In this document: piece after piece, positions 28,583 through 37,857 of the stretch
How the letters are laid out: each line of letters starts with the position of its first letter
How positions within the stretch are numbered: position 1 is the stretch's first letter
Origin: Candidatus Daviesbacteria bacterium GW2011_GWA1_41_61
GTDB taxonomy: Bacteria > Patescibacteriota > Microgenomatia > Daviesbacterales > UBA10151
Length of the DNA: 64,000 bases
Assembly (NCBI GenBank): GCA_000997385.1
Contig: LCBT01000003.1
Span: 64,892-128,891 of the forward strand
Direction: 5' to 3'
The notes under the pieces: generated by a model
Told to the model about the DNA's origin: nothing
The model's input: only the letters and a program-made list of their open reading frames with translations
The model's database searches: none
Program-made: the position numbers and the translations under genes

Positions 28583-29941
28583 ATGGCGCAGACCACTAAG
28601 CTTCCTCCGCAAAATATTGAAGCTGAACAATCCCTTTTGGGAGCACTGCTCATTGATAAAGACTCTATTGTCAGGATTGCTGAAACCTTGCACCCGACTC
28701 ATTTTTACCGCACTGAGCAGCACGGCAGAATCTTTGAAGCCATTTTAGATCTTTTTGACAAAAGAGAACCGGTGGATCTGGTGACTATCACCGAGAAACT
28801 GCGGCAAAAAGATTCTCTGGACTTAGTGGGAGGCCCGGCATACCTTACAACTTTGGTCAACACCGTCCCTACTTCAGCCCATATTGAATCTTATGCCCGG
28901 ATTATTAAAGAACATGCTATGCGGCGTAAACTGATCGCCGAGTGTACCAAATTGGTGGAATCAGCCTATGATGAATCAGTTCCGGTGGAGACGCTTTTGG
29001 ATGATGCTCAGCAAGGTGTCTTCGCCATTTCTCAACAAAACATCAAAAGGGATTTTGTCCCCTTAAAAGATTTACTGACTGTTTCTTTTGACCGTTTGGA
29101 TGAGCTGCAGAAAAATTCCGGCAAACTCCGTGGTGTGCCCACCGGTTTTAAAGATTTGGATAATAAATTGGCCGGGCTTCAAGAGTCAAATTTAATTATC
29201 TTTGCTGCCAGGCCCGGTCAGGGAAAAACCTCTTTCGTGTTGAATGTGGCTGAGTATGTGGCAGTGAAAACCGGCCTTCCGGTAGGCATTTTCTCTTTGG
29301 AGATGTCTCAAGAGGAGTTAGTAGACAGGATTATTGTTTCTAAAGCTGAGATTGATTCCTGGAAGTTAAAAACAGGCAAATTAGATGATGCTGATTTTGA
29401 CAAGATTTCGGCAGCTTATGGAGAGTTGGCTGAGGCTCCGCTTTTTATTGATGATACCCCCGGTTTGTCTTTGGCGGAGATTAGGACTAAAGCCAGGAGA
29501 CTGCAGATGGAGCATGGGTTAAAGCTTCTGATTGTGGACTATCTGCAGCTGATTCACGGGAGGAATCTGGAAAACCGGGTACAGGAAGTCTCAGAAATCT
29601 CCCAGGGCCTTAAAAATTTAGCCAGGGAGTTAAAGATTCCCGTTTTAGCAGTTTCTCAGCTTTCCCGGGCAGTGGAAAGTAGGGCAACCAGGAGGCCACA
29701 ACTGGCTGACCTTCGGGAATCCGGAGCTATTGAGCAGGATGCGGATGTGGTGATGTTTATTTACCGGGAGGATCCGGACAATATTTCTGATGTGACTTTG
29801 GATATCCAAAAACACAGAAATGGGGCTACCGGTGAAATTAAACTGGTGTTTATCGGGGAAAGAACCAAGTTTTACGGTATGGAAAAACATCGGGCTAAAC
29901 CAGCAGAAAAAAGTGAAGAAAAAGCTCCCACTGCAGCCTGA
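28583..29941 (+). CDS. dnaB: Replicative DNA helicase DnaB
   Basis: LPPQNIEAEQSLLGALL, Walker A GARPGQGKTSF, RecA-like domain. ATG at 28583 preferred over the upstream TTG at 28568. Confidence 0.9.
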   Translation: MAQTTKLPPQNIEAEQSLLGALLIDKDSIVRIAETLHPTHFYRTEQHGRIFEAILDLFDKREPVDLVTITEKLRQKDSLDLVGGPAYLTTLVNTVPTSAHIESYARIIKEHAMRRKLIAECTKLVESAYDESVPVETLLDDAQQGVFAISQQNIKRDFVPLKDLLTVSFDRLDELQKNSGKLRGVPTGFKDLDNKLAGLQESNLIIFAARPGQGKTSFVLNVAEYVAVKTGLPVGIFSLEMSQEELVDRIIVSKAEIDSWKLKTGKLDDADFDKISAAYGELAEAPLFIDDTPGLSLAEIRTKARRLQMEHGLKLLIVDYLQLIHGRNLENRVQEVSEISQGLKNLARELKIPVLAVSQLSRAVESRATRRPQLADLRESGAIEQDADVVMFIYREDPDNISDVTLDIQKHRNGATGEIKLVFIGERTKFYGMEKHRAKPAEKSEEKAPTAA

Positions 29942-29949
29942 AAGAAAAG

Positions 29950-30032
29950 TGCCGGGAGAGGGACTCGAACCCTCATGATTTTGCAACCAAAGGTTTTTGA
30001 GACCTTCGCGTCTACCATTTCGCCACCCCGGC
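29950..30032 (-). tRNA. tRNA-Leu (anticodon CAA), type II with long variable arm
   Basis: Hand-folded cloverleaf: 7 bp acceptor (GCCGGGG/TCCCGGC), GG-containing D-loop, anticodon stem AAGGT/ACCTT with loop CTCAAAA (U33, A37), long variable arm, T-arm GAGGG-TTCGAGT-CCCTC. CCA not encoded. Confidence 0.9.
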
Positions 30033-30107
30033 AGGGAAGATACATAGGTATTTTATCAGAATTTAAGGTTAGTTGACAATTTAAAGGTTGGTCAGTATAT
30101 TTACCAT

Positions 30108-30668
30108 ATGTTAAACGCTACAGATCTTCGAAACGGAGCTGTTTTTAAAGAAGATAACCAGATCCTCCAGGTGGTAAATTATGAACATATTAAGATGGGA
30201 CGGGGCAGCGGAACCATCAAGGTGAAGGTAAGAAATTTAAAAACAGGCTCAACTACAGAAAAATCATTTATCACCGGAGCCAGGGTGGAAGAAGCTGATG
30301 TGGAAAAAAGGAAAGCCCAGTTTTTATATATGGATAAGGGAGTTTATTACTTTATGGATTCTATAAGCTTTGAGCAGTTTCCCTTAAGTAAGGATATATT
30401 AGGTGAACAGGTAAGGTTTCTCAAAGAAGGTTTGGAAGTAGTGATTATTGTTTCAGAAGACCAAGCTTTAACCCTGGAGCTTCCCAATAGCCTGATATAT
30501 GAGATTAAAGATACCGGACCTGCTGAAAAAGGCAATACTGTTTCCAATGTTTTTAAATCAGCCACTTTGGAAAATGGTTTAGAGGTCAAAGTTCCGATGT
30601 TTGCCAAAGTTGGGGACAAAGTTAAGGTTGATACCAGAACAGGGCAATATATAGAAAGAGTCAAGTAA
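30108..30668 (+). CDS. efp: Elongation factor P
   Basis: KOW-like N-domain (GAVFKEDNQILQVVNYEHIKMGRGSG), OB domains. Confidence 0.9.
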   Translation: MLNATDLRNGAVFKEDNQILQVVNYEHIKMGRGSGTIKVKVRNLKTGSTTEKSFITGARVEEADVEKRKAQFLYMDKGVYYFMDSISFEQFPLSKDILGEQVRFLKEGLEVVIIVSEDQALTLELPNSLIYEIKDTGPAEKGNTVSNVFKSATLENGLEVKVPMFAKVGDKVKVDTRTGQYIERVK

Positions 30669-30682
30669 ATAATTTCTAGTGG

Positions 30683-31147
30683 CTAGAGTTTAGAGACTAG
30701 GAAAATAATGACCGCTACAGTTACTATCTGAGTTAAAATTCCCCATTTGGGTCCGGTTCTTCCCTGCATCCGGTGTTGTATTTGATAAGCCCAATAAAAA
30801 GGAGGAATCTTCCGTTTTAAAAACCAATAAGGAGCTTCCAAGAAATCCCACATAATGGAAGCTAAGATACAGGCTGCAAAATATCTTGGTTCCACCCCTT
30901 GGCTAAATAAGGCAGTGGTTAGGGTAACCCCGACGATGACATCTAAAGAGCTTTCAATAAACAGTTTGGTTTTGGGTTTATCCCGCCATCCCCGGGCAAA
31001 ATCCCAGTGGGGAATAACATCTACCAGGGGATGAGAAACAGCTGCCAAGGTGACTCCCAGGAGAGGATTAGAGACAGAAGCAGCAACAACTCCTCCGATT
31101 AAAGCATGCGCAGTAGCAACCATATAGGTATAAGTGACGCCAACCAT
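30683..31147 (-). CDS. Hypothetical integral membrane protein
   Basis: Four to five TM helices. No motifs recognised. Confidence 0.4.
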   Translation of the reverse strand: MVGVTYTYMVATAHALIGGVVAASVSNPLLGVTLAAVSHPLVDVIPHWDFARGWRDKPKTKLFIESSLDVIVGVTLTTALFSQGVEPRYFAACILASIMWDFLEAPYWFLKRKIPPFYWAYQIQHRMQGRTGPKWGILTQIVTVAVIIFLVSKL

Positions 31148-31197
31148 CAGTATAACAATAAAAGGAAGATTTAGTCAAAATTTGGTATTATAAATAT

Positions 31198-32139
31198 ATG
31201 TTACCGGTAATTTTTTCAGTAGGGACTCTTTCCATCTCCTCATTTGGAGTCTTTTTGGGATTGGCTTTTTTAGCCGCCATTTACGTCTGTTGGAAAATGG
31301 CCCGTCTTTATGAAATTGATGAAGAGAGGATCTTAGATTTGGGGATCCTGGCCTTTTTTGGGGGGATGATCGGTGCCAGGCTTTATTTTGTTTTAACTCA
31401 CCTTGCTTTGTTTGATAATCTGCAAAAGATTGTTCTTATCAGCCGTTATCCCGGGCTCTCTTTATGGGGAGGGCTGACGGGAGGGATTTTGGCCTTATGG
31501 TTTTTTTCCTCCCGCAGCAAATTAAATTTTTGGCAACTGGCTGATTTTGCTGCAGCAGGTCTGCTTTTGGCTTTAAGCTTGGGGGATTTGGGCTGTCTTT
31601 TAGGAGGCTGTTATTATGGCCAAGTATCCGGCTCTTTTTTGGCCACTTCAGTAGCGGGGGTGATCGGGAAAAGATTTCCTCTGGCTGCCTTAGAGAGCCT
31701 GACTCTATTATTAGCTTACTTTTGGGTGGGGAAACAGGTGGTAAGATATCACTTTGCTGGAAAAATAATCGCTGTAGTGTTGTTAATTTTAGGGTCAGTA
31801 AAATTTATTTTTGAATTCTTTAGAGGAGATGCGATTTATCTTGCTTCCATCGGCATTTCTGAGGGACATTTGTGGTCAATTGGATCTTTGGCGGTTGGCC
31901 TGGCCATCTTTTATAACCGTTCTAAAAGGTCATTTTTTGATGACAGTGCTGCTTTGGTTAACCTGCCTTTTTCTCCCAAGAAACGTAAAGCCGTGCTGTT
32001 GTATCTTCGGAAAAACTGGTATAATTTTGTAGTAGACTGGAGAATTAAAGGGGCAAAATTAGGAGAGTTTCTAAAGCTTGCTCCCAAGAATTTAAAAAGG
32101 AGACTGAATGTTAAATCTACCCCAAAAAACCTTAGCTAA
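31198..32139 (+). CDS. lgt: Prolipoprotein diacylglyceryl transferase-like
   Basis: Polytopic membrane protein. GARLYFVL and GGCYYGQ resemble the Lgt signature regions. Confidence 0.6.
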   Translation: MLPVIFSVGTLSISSFGVFLGLAFLAAIYVCWKMARLYEIDEERILDLGILAFFGGMIGARLYFVLTHLALFDNLQKIVLISRYPGLSLWGGLTGGILALWFFSSRSKLNFWQLADFAAAGLLLALSLGDLGCLLGGCYYGQVSGSFLATSVAGVIGKRFPLAALESLTLLLAYFWVGKQVVRYHFAGKIIAVVLLILGSVKFIFEFFRGDAIYLASIGISEGHLWSIGSLAVGLAIFYNRSKRSFFDDSAALVNLPFSPKKRKAVLLYLRKNWYNFVVDWRIKGAKLGEFLKLAPKNLKRRLNVKSTPKNLS

Positions 32140-32479
32140 AGTTCGAGATTTACTGCTTCGAAGACAGAAAGAAGTGGATCAGCAACTGAAGAGCCTGGAA
32201 AAAAGTGATCCGGTGCTCTTAGACGGAGTAGCTGAGGCTTCAGAGTCAGGCACAGAATCATGGCTGGCGGATACTCATCGAAGGCTGACGGCGGTTAAAA
32301 ATGATCTGCTGGATTTTTCCTCCAGGATTACCTCCTCCCTTTTAAGAATTAAAAAGGGCACTTATGGAAAGTGTGAGAGGTGTAAAATTGCTATTGAAAC
32401 TGAAAGGTTAAAAGTGATGCCCATGGCTACTTTGTGCCTTGCCTGCTCCCAGAAATTCGTTAACAGCAAGAAAAGATAA
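32108..32479 (+). CDS. DksA/TraR-family C4 zinc-finger protein
   Basis: C-terminal CxxC...CxxC (CERCKIAIETERLKVMPMATLCLAC). Confidence 0.7.
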   Translation: MLNLPQKTLAKVRDLLLRRQKEVDQQLKSLEKSDPVLLDGVAEASESGTESWLADTHRRLTAVKNDLLDFSSRITSSLLRIKKGTYGKCERCKIAIETERLKVMPMATLCLACSQKFVNSKKR

Positions 32480-32538
32480 GCTGCCAATCTTAAGATCCAC
32501 TTTACAGAAGTGGTGATTAGTGTTATACAATCTAGTAT

Positions 32539-32952
32539 ATGGCTATGTTTACTTCAACACCTACTTCTTCCCCGGGAAAGATTTTAATTGTCGACGATGA
32601 TGATGATATCAGAAATATCTACAAAGATTATTTAACTGCCAATGGGTTTAAGGTCGAGCTGGCAACAAATGGTCAGGAAGGACTGTCCAAGATTCTTCAA
32701 GGAGGATATGATCTGATACTTTTAGATATTATGATGCCCAAAATAGATGGGTTGGGGATTTTAAGAAGGTTAAAGGAAAAACCTTTAAATCAAAATGTTT
32801 ACAATGGTCCCATTGTGGTTTTATCAGCCTTAAGGCAGGATGAAGTTTACAATGAAGCTTTAAGGTTAGGGGCCAAGGGCTATATTGTTAAATCAGACAT
32901 TACCCCCAAAGATCTATTAGATAAAGTAGTAGAGCTCCTCAAAAAACCCTAA
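32539..32952 (+). CDS. Single-domain response regulator (CheY-like receiver)
   Basis: KILIVDDDDDI, phospho-acceptor Asp in LILLDIMMP, KGYIVK. Confidence 0.8.
   Translation: MAMFTSTPTSSPGKILIVDDDDDIRNIYKDYLTANGFKVELATNGQEGLSKILQGGYDLILLDIMMPKIDGLGILRRLKEKPLNQNVYNGPIVVLSALRQDEVYNEALRLGAKGYIVKSDITPKDLLDKVVELLKKP
32854..32952 (+). repeat. 99 bp direct repeat, copy 1 (last 99 nt of the response-regulator gene including the stop)
   Basis: Identical at every position to 37065..37163. Confidence 0.85.
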
Positions 32953-32983
32953 AACAATTCCTAACTCTTTTCGAGTCGTACAA

Positions 32984-34357
32984 TTATTGTGGAATAAATT
33001 TTGCACCCAGTTTTTTAGAGTACTCTTTAGCTTGTTCTCTGTTTCCATCTCCAACATAGACATTTACTCTTTTGCCCTCTCTCCTTAATTCTTCAGATGA
33101 GGAAAATAGCTTTATTATTTGCTTAGTGGTTTTGGGATTTGAGTGCAAAACACTGTCAACACCATTTTTGTCAGTCCAGTAATTCACAGAGAACTGTTTC
33201 TCTTTTGATTTGTTTAGTAAATTAAAAAACTCACTAACTCTTTCAAGTCCATATGCAAATCCAACGGCAGGAATTTGATATTCTTTCCCAGCTAAAAATT
33301 TGCTAACCAACTTATTGTACCTACCACCTCCAGCTACCTCCACGAAAACTTCTTTTCCAAATTTAAGATCAATTTCATATACTATTTCTGTATAATACTC
33401 ATGGCTTCTAATAACTGAGGGGTCTATGACACATTTTATACCTCGAGCCTGCAGAACCGAGGCAATGATATTTAAGTCGTTAACAGGTTTACTGTAACCA
33501 AGCAATTTTTCTGTTTGTTGGTCTAAAACGGTAACAAAAGTATTGCATACGATCTCCCACTTTTTCATTAGTTGATTAGAAGTATCAGTCCTTTTTATAA
33601 TTTCTATTACCTTATCAATCTCGGGTTGAAGTCTCTCCGGCTGTTTTCCTGCACGAGATTCGGCAATAGTGTCCAAACTGTTTTTAAGAACTAACCGTGT
33701 CCGTTCATCTATCTGTGATTCATCGCACAATAAATTAAAAAGTTCGACGCTACCTATTCGGACAGTAATTAATTCTCCAGGGACATTTATTGCTATAAAA
33801 CCTTCATAAAGTAAGAAAAGAATTTCTATATCCGAAAGCAGATTTGAAGTTCCTAGTATTTCGACCCCCACCTGGTTAAATTCTCTATTTTTCGTAACAG
33901 AAAGTTTAGAAATCAGTTCGTTTCTGAAACAAGGTGTTATATAGAAAACTTTGATTGGGAAAAAGTTTTTAACCTTCTTGTTTGTCGCAAGAACTTTAGC
34001 AAGCCACCGAGAAACAGAAATAGTTCCTTCCGGTATGAGGAGAGATGGAACCTGTTCAGGAATGATATTATAAGATTCATTGTAATCCTGAATATGCAAA
34101 TGAAACACCCCTCGCTTGTCCCATTCTGGCCACGGAGAACCACCGATCACTTGTTCACTAAAACTACTAGCTCTTTCGACTAGAGGGAAAACTATTTGCT
34201 CATAACTCCATTTTTGGAAAACCTCAGAGATTTTATGGGCAATAAAGTTTTTAACTCTCACCTCTTGTCCTACAATATCTCTAAAACCCCTTAACGGTTC
34301 ACGAATATTCTCGTCTTTAAATCGCTTATTCAACTTGATCCTATAGGCAGAATTCAC
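32984..34357 (-). CDS. HisRS-like class II aminoacyl-tRNA-synthetase paralogue 1 (457 aa), divergent motifs
   Basis: Motif 1-like LRGFRDIVG, motif 2 position CFRNE, motif 3 GGGRYNKL. Insertion domain and C-terminal anticodon-binding-like domain. Distinct from hisS at 25348..26556. Confidence 0.65.
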   Translation of the reverse strand: MNSAYRIKLNKRFKDENIREPLRGFRDIVGQEVRVKNFIAHKISEVFQKWSYEQIVFPLVERASSFSEQVIGGSPWPEWDKRGVFHLHIQDYNESYNIIPEQVPSLLIPEGTISVSRWLAKVLATNKKVKNFFPIKVFYITPCFRNELISKLSVTKNREFNQVGVEILGTSNLLSDIEILFLLYEGFIAINVPGELITVRIGSVELFNLLCDESQIDERTRLVLKNSLDTIAESRAGKQPERLQPEIDKVIEIIKRTDTSNQLMKKWEIVCNTFVTVLDQQTEKLLGYSKPVNDLNIIASVLQARGIKCVIDPSVIRSHEYYTEIVYEIDLKFGKEVFVEVAGGGRYNKLVSKFLAGKEYQIPAVGFAYGLERVSEFFNLLNKSKEKQFSVNYWTDKNGVDSVLHSNPKTTKQIIKLFSSSEELRREGKRVNVYVGDGNREQAKEYSKKLGAKFIPQ

Positions 34358-34426
34358 ATAGACAGCAGGCTCTTAACATGATATAGTAGGTCTCATTAAT
34401 AATCAATAAAGGAAAGTGATGAACTT

Positions 34427-35827
34427 ATGCATGAAAGAAAAGACGATATGAAAAGAAGATCAGATATACTTACCCCAGATGTATTAAGAAGGAAAGGGGT
34501 TATGAAGGGTTTTGAATACCTAACTCCCGAAAGGCGCGGGGCTGTTAGAGAGATGGAAAATAGATTCAAAATGGTAACTGAATCTTTTGGATTCAGAGAA
34601 GTAGAAGGACCATTACTCCAACCAATTGAATTCTATCAAGTCAAGTCAGGAGAAGAACTGTTAGCCCACACATATACCTTCGAAGATACAGATGGAAGTT
34701 TACTTGTTCTTAGGCCAGAACTTACTCCCACTGTCGCTTATATGATTGCAAAAGACGATGCCAGATTAAGCTTCCCTCTTAAGTGGTGGTCTAATCCTGA
34801 CTTATTTAGAAAAGAAAAACCTCAAAAAGGTAGAAAAAGGCAATTTAAACAGCTAAATGTTGACATTTTTGACCGTGCAGATTCGGGTAGAGATCGGTCT
34901 TTTGACGATGCCGAAGTTATTGCAGTGGCAATTTCCATATTTGAGTCCTTCGACCTAACAGAAAACGATATAGTGATGAGAATAAATAGCAGATCATTGG
35001 TTGAAAGACTGTTCGATATAGTAGATCTTGACAAGAATCGTAGATTTGACCTTTTATCTCTTATAGACAAATCAGCTAAAATTTCAGCTGAGGAATTTGG
35101 GACCAAAGTCGAAGAGATTGTTCCCCAAAAATTTTCTCGAGAGCTTTTGCAAAGATGGCTGTCAATAAAAAGTCTTGAGGAAGTTGCTGATAATAAACAG
35201 CTTAGTCCTCTAAGTCAGTCAAAAGAATATAAAGATCTAGCTAAGGTTTTTGAATTAATGAAGGCGTATGGGGTGTCAGAATACTGCGAGTTTTCTCCTT
35301 ATATCGTCAGAGGTCTTGGTTACTATACAGGATCAGTATTCGAAACATTTGATAGAAAACCAGAACATGGTTTTAGAAGAGCACTTATGGGTGGAGGAAG
35401 ATATGATAATCTTACGAAAGATGTAGGAGGAAGACTTGATATTACAGGGGTTGGTTTCGGGTTTGGAAATGTGCCTCTTGAAGAGATTCTATTATCGAGA
35501 AATATAGAGATTGTTCCCTCTGAATCTCGTGCAGATTATTGTATCGTTACACAGTCTGCCAACCAGCGAATCGATGCTATCACTCTTTCACAGAGATTAA
35601 GAAAGCAGGGTAAAAAAGTGATCTTGGATGATTCCATTTCTAAAGAGAAACCAGACAAGGTCTCAAAACAACTTTCTCGAGCCAATCAACTAAATTCTAA
35701 GTATTCTCTAATCATTTTTCCTGAAGAGTGGCAAGATAAAAAGGTGGTCATTAAAGATATGCAAAACGGAGAACAACAAATTATCGATATTAGTTCTTTA
35801 CTTGAAACCCAACCTAAATCTGACTAA
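34427..35827 (+). CDS. HisRS-like class II aminoacyl-tRNA-synthetase paralogue 2 (466 aa)
   Basis: Motif 1 MKGFEYLTPE, HisA-like FRKEKPQKGRKRQFKQLNVDIF, HisB-like GGGRYDNL, C-terminal anticodon-binding-like domain. Confidence 0.7.
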   Translation: MHERKDDMKRRSDILTPDVLRRKGVMKGFEYLTPERRGAVREMENRFKMVTESFGFREVEGPLLQPIEFYQVKSGEELLAHTYTFEDTDGSLLVLRPELTPTVAYMIAKDDARLSFPLKWWSNPDLFRKEKPQKGRKRQFKQLNVDIFDRADSGRDRSFDDAEVIAVAISIFESFDLTENDIVMRINSRSLVERLFDIVDLDKNRRFDLLSLIDKSAKISAEEFGTKVEEIVPQKFSRELLQRWLSIKSLEEVADNKQLSPLSQSKEYKDLAKVFELMKAYGVSEYCEFSPYIVRGLGYYTGSVFETFDRKPEHGFRRALMGGGRYDNLTKDVGGRLDITGVGFGFGNVPLEEILLSRNIEIVPSESRADYCIVTQSANQRIDAITLSQRLRKQGKKVILDDSISKEKPDKVSKQLSRANQLNSKYSLIIFPEEWQDKKVVIKDMQNGEQQIIDISSLLETQPKSD

Positions 35828-36856
35828 GTCATCTAAATACTCCCAAGAGTTAAAATTAATATCTTTCTTGTTTTTTTCTAAAATACCTAACGCCTGTATA
35901 CCCCTTTCTTTAAGCATTTTCTCACAATAAGAACGAGCACCAACCTTGGTAATTATTTCTCTTATAAGACTTGCTTCTTTTTGAGTCAAATCCGGCTTAC
36001 CTATATAATTTTTTAATATATTTTTTTCATCTTTATTAGCAAGCTCATAGCCTTTAACAACCAACAGGCTTTTAACCCCCATTCGCAAATCAACAATATT
36101 TGATTTCCCCGTAACCTTCTCGTTACCAAATACACCTTCTAAGTCGTCTTTCAATTGCGAAGCTGCACCCACAAGACGAGCGTATCTATTAAGACTGTTC
36201 ATAAGTTTTTGTGGAAGTCCTCCTAGAATAGCACCAACAGTGAGTGGTAATGAGTAGCAATATAGGGCCGCTTTATTTGTATACATCTCCCAAACCTGTT
36301 CATTTTTCATTTTTCCAAGTTCCCTCATTACAAAATCGAGGTCTGTCACCTGACCAATATTAGTTAGCTCATTAGTTTTAGATATAATGTTTAATGCTTC
36401 GATTTTTCTTTTTTGGGGATACGGAGAGTTCAGTATCATTTCAATTGCCCAAGACCACAGGAAGTCGCCAGCCAAAATAGCCAAATCATTGCCCATCTTC
36501 TCACTCTTGTTGAATTTTCTACTTTGAATATGAATAGTTGGTACATCGTTTTTGATATCATCCTGATCAATAATGTCATCATGAATAGCTAAATATTTGG
36601 TGAAAAAAGTTGTAAAGATTGAAGTATTAATTATGTTCTCTGTGATTTTATTCCCGGCAGCCATATATCCTACCAAAACTAGGGCAGGTCGGGGTTGTGT
36701 AATTTCTGCCAAGGTATATTTCCTAAGGAATTTAATTATTTCGGGTGTAATACCAAATTTTTTCCCTTGATATTGTTCTAGCTTGTGGTTGAAATAGGAC
36801 TCTAAAGCAATTCTAACTTGTGGACTATACTTTTCAATCACTTCCTTTACTTTCAT
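35798..36856 (-). CDS. trans-Isoprenyl diphosphate synthase-family protein (polyprenyl synthetase fold)
   Basis: First Asp-rich motif LAIHDDIIDQDD. Second motif region GAASQLKDDLEG is slightly degenerate. Confidence 0.7.
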   Translation of the reverse strand: MKVKEVIEKYSPQVRIALESYFNHKLEQYQGKKFGITPEIIKFLRKYTLAEITQPRPALVLVGYMAAGNKITENIINTSIFTTFFTKYLAIHDDIIDQDDIKNDVPTIHIQSRKFNKSEKMGNDLAILAGDFLWSWAIEMILNSPYPQKRKIEALNIISKTNELTNIGQVTDLDFVMRELGKMKNEQVWEMYTNKAALYCYSLPLTVGAILGGLPQKLMNSLNRYARLVGAASQLKDDLEGVFGNEKVTGKSNIVDLRMGVKSLLVVKGYELANKDEKNILKNYIGKPDLTQKEASLIREIITKVGARSYCEKMLKERGIQALGILEKNKKDINFNSWEYLDDLVRFRLGFK

Positions 36857-37064
36857 GGACCCATTTTACATTATAGTGGTGAAAATATAAATATTAGAGG
36901 TTTTATTTAAAGACTAATTAACCTCATCAAAAACAGTACTGCTCCAATTTTGTGTCAAGCGCCCCTTTTTATACTGATTTTGCAAACGAGAAGTGGTTAA
37001 AAATGTAGCCTAAATTGAGCTGGAGATTTTTTAAGGTGTTACGGTATGATCTATTTAGATTGAA

Positions 37065-37163
37065 GAAGCTTTAAGGTTAGGGGCCAAGGGCTATATTGTT
37101 AAATCAGACATTACCCCCAAAGATCTATTAGATAAAGTAGTAGAGCTCCTCAAAAAACCCTAA
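37065..37163 (+). repeat. 99 bp direct repeat, copy 2 (orphan copy of the response-regulator 3' end)
   Basis: Identical to 32854..32952. Not attached to a receiver-domain ORF. Confidence 0.85.
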
Positions 37164-37354
37164 GTTTACGTAGAGGCAGAAGATGTAATTTGTGCCAGTA
37201 TTTTTTCACCTCGGAGAGCTTAATTTTATGGTTGTCTCCTGGACCATAATTTATCATCCGCTCCAGTAGGAGTATTCTGCCTGCTTCACTTTTTTGCAGT
37301 TTTTTTTGGGTCGTAGTCCCAGACAAACATACTTCAACTATTATACAACATAGT

Positions 37355-37843
37355 TTAAGTATTAATCCTTATTCCAATCCTTATAAATAAATATCTTATT
37401 ACAACTGTTGGGTGTTTAAAAAATTCGTTAAAAATAACCTTTTTACTGATAGGGGGAACCTCTTTTTTGATAATTTGTTTATCTTGAGAGCGGGTGTCGT
37501 TAAGCAGTGTTAAGAGCTGTGGATCATGTAGTTTAGGGAGATTATTTGGGTAAAAGAAGGCCACGTCTTTTGATTCATTACTTGTTTGGGCAGATCCTGA
37601 GATAATTTGGCATTCAAAAAGATGATTAATCCTTTTAGAATTGTGATAACAATATTCCCCAACCTTTCTTTTTACTTTAGTTTGAAAACCGGATTCTTCC
37701 CAAACTTCTCTGACTACAGCTTGCTGGGGAGATTCTGATTTTTCTATCCTTCCTCCGGGTAAGACCCAAATAGGCACATCACGTCTTTTTACCATCAGGA
37801 CCTTTTTATCTTTATCAAAAACTATACCTATAGCTCCATCCAT
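37355..37843 (-). CDS. Nudix hydrolase
   Basis: Nudix box GGRIEKSESPQQAVVREVWEESGF. Confidence 0.75.
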   Translation of the reverse strand: MDGAIGIVFDKDKKVLMVKRRDVPIWVLPGGRIEKSESPQQAVVREVWEESGFQTKVKRKVGEYCYHNSKRINHLFECQIISGSAQTSNESKDVAFFYPNNLPKLHDPQLLTLLNDTRSQDKQIIKKEVPPISKKVIFNEFFKHPTVVIRYLFIRIGIRINT

Positions 37844-37857
37844 ATTATTATATCCCT

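Noticed and set aside
32953-37064. Looked for an integrase or recombinase inside the direct-repeat-flanked insert
   Set aside because: Only the two HisRS-like genes and the prenyl synthase are present. No tyrosine or serine recombinase motifs were seen in any frame.
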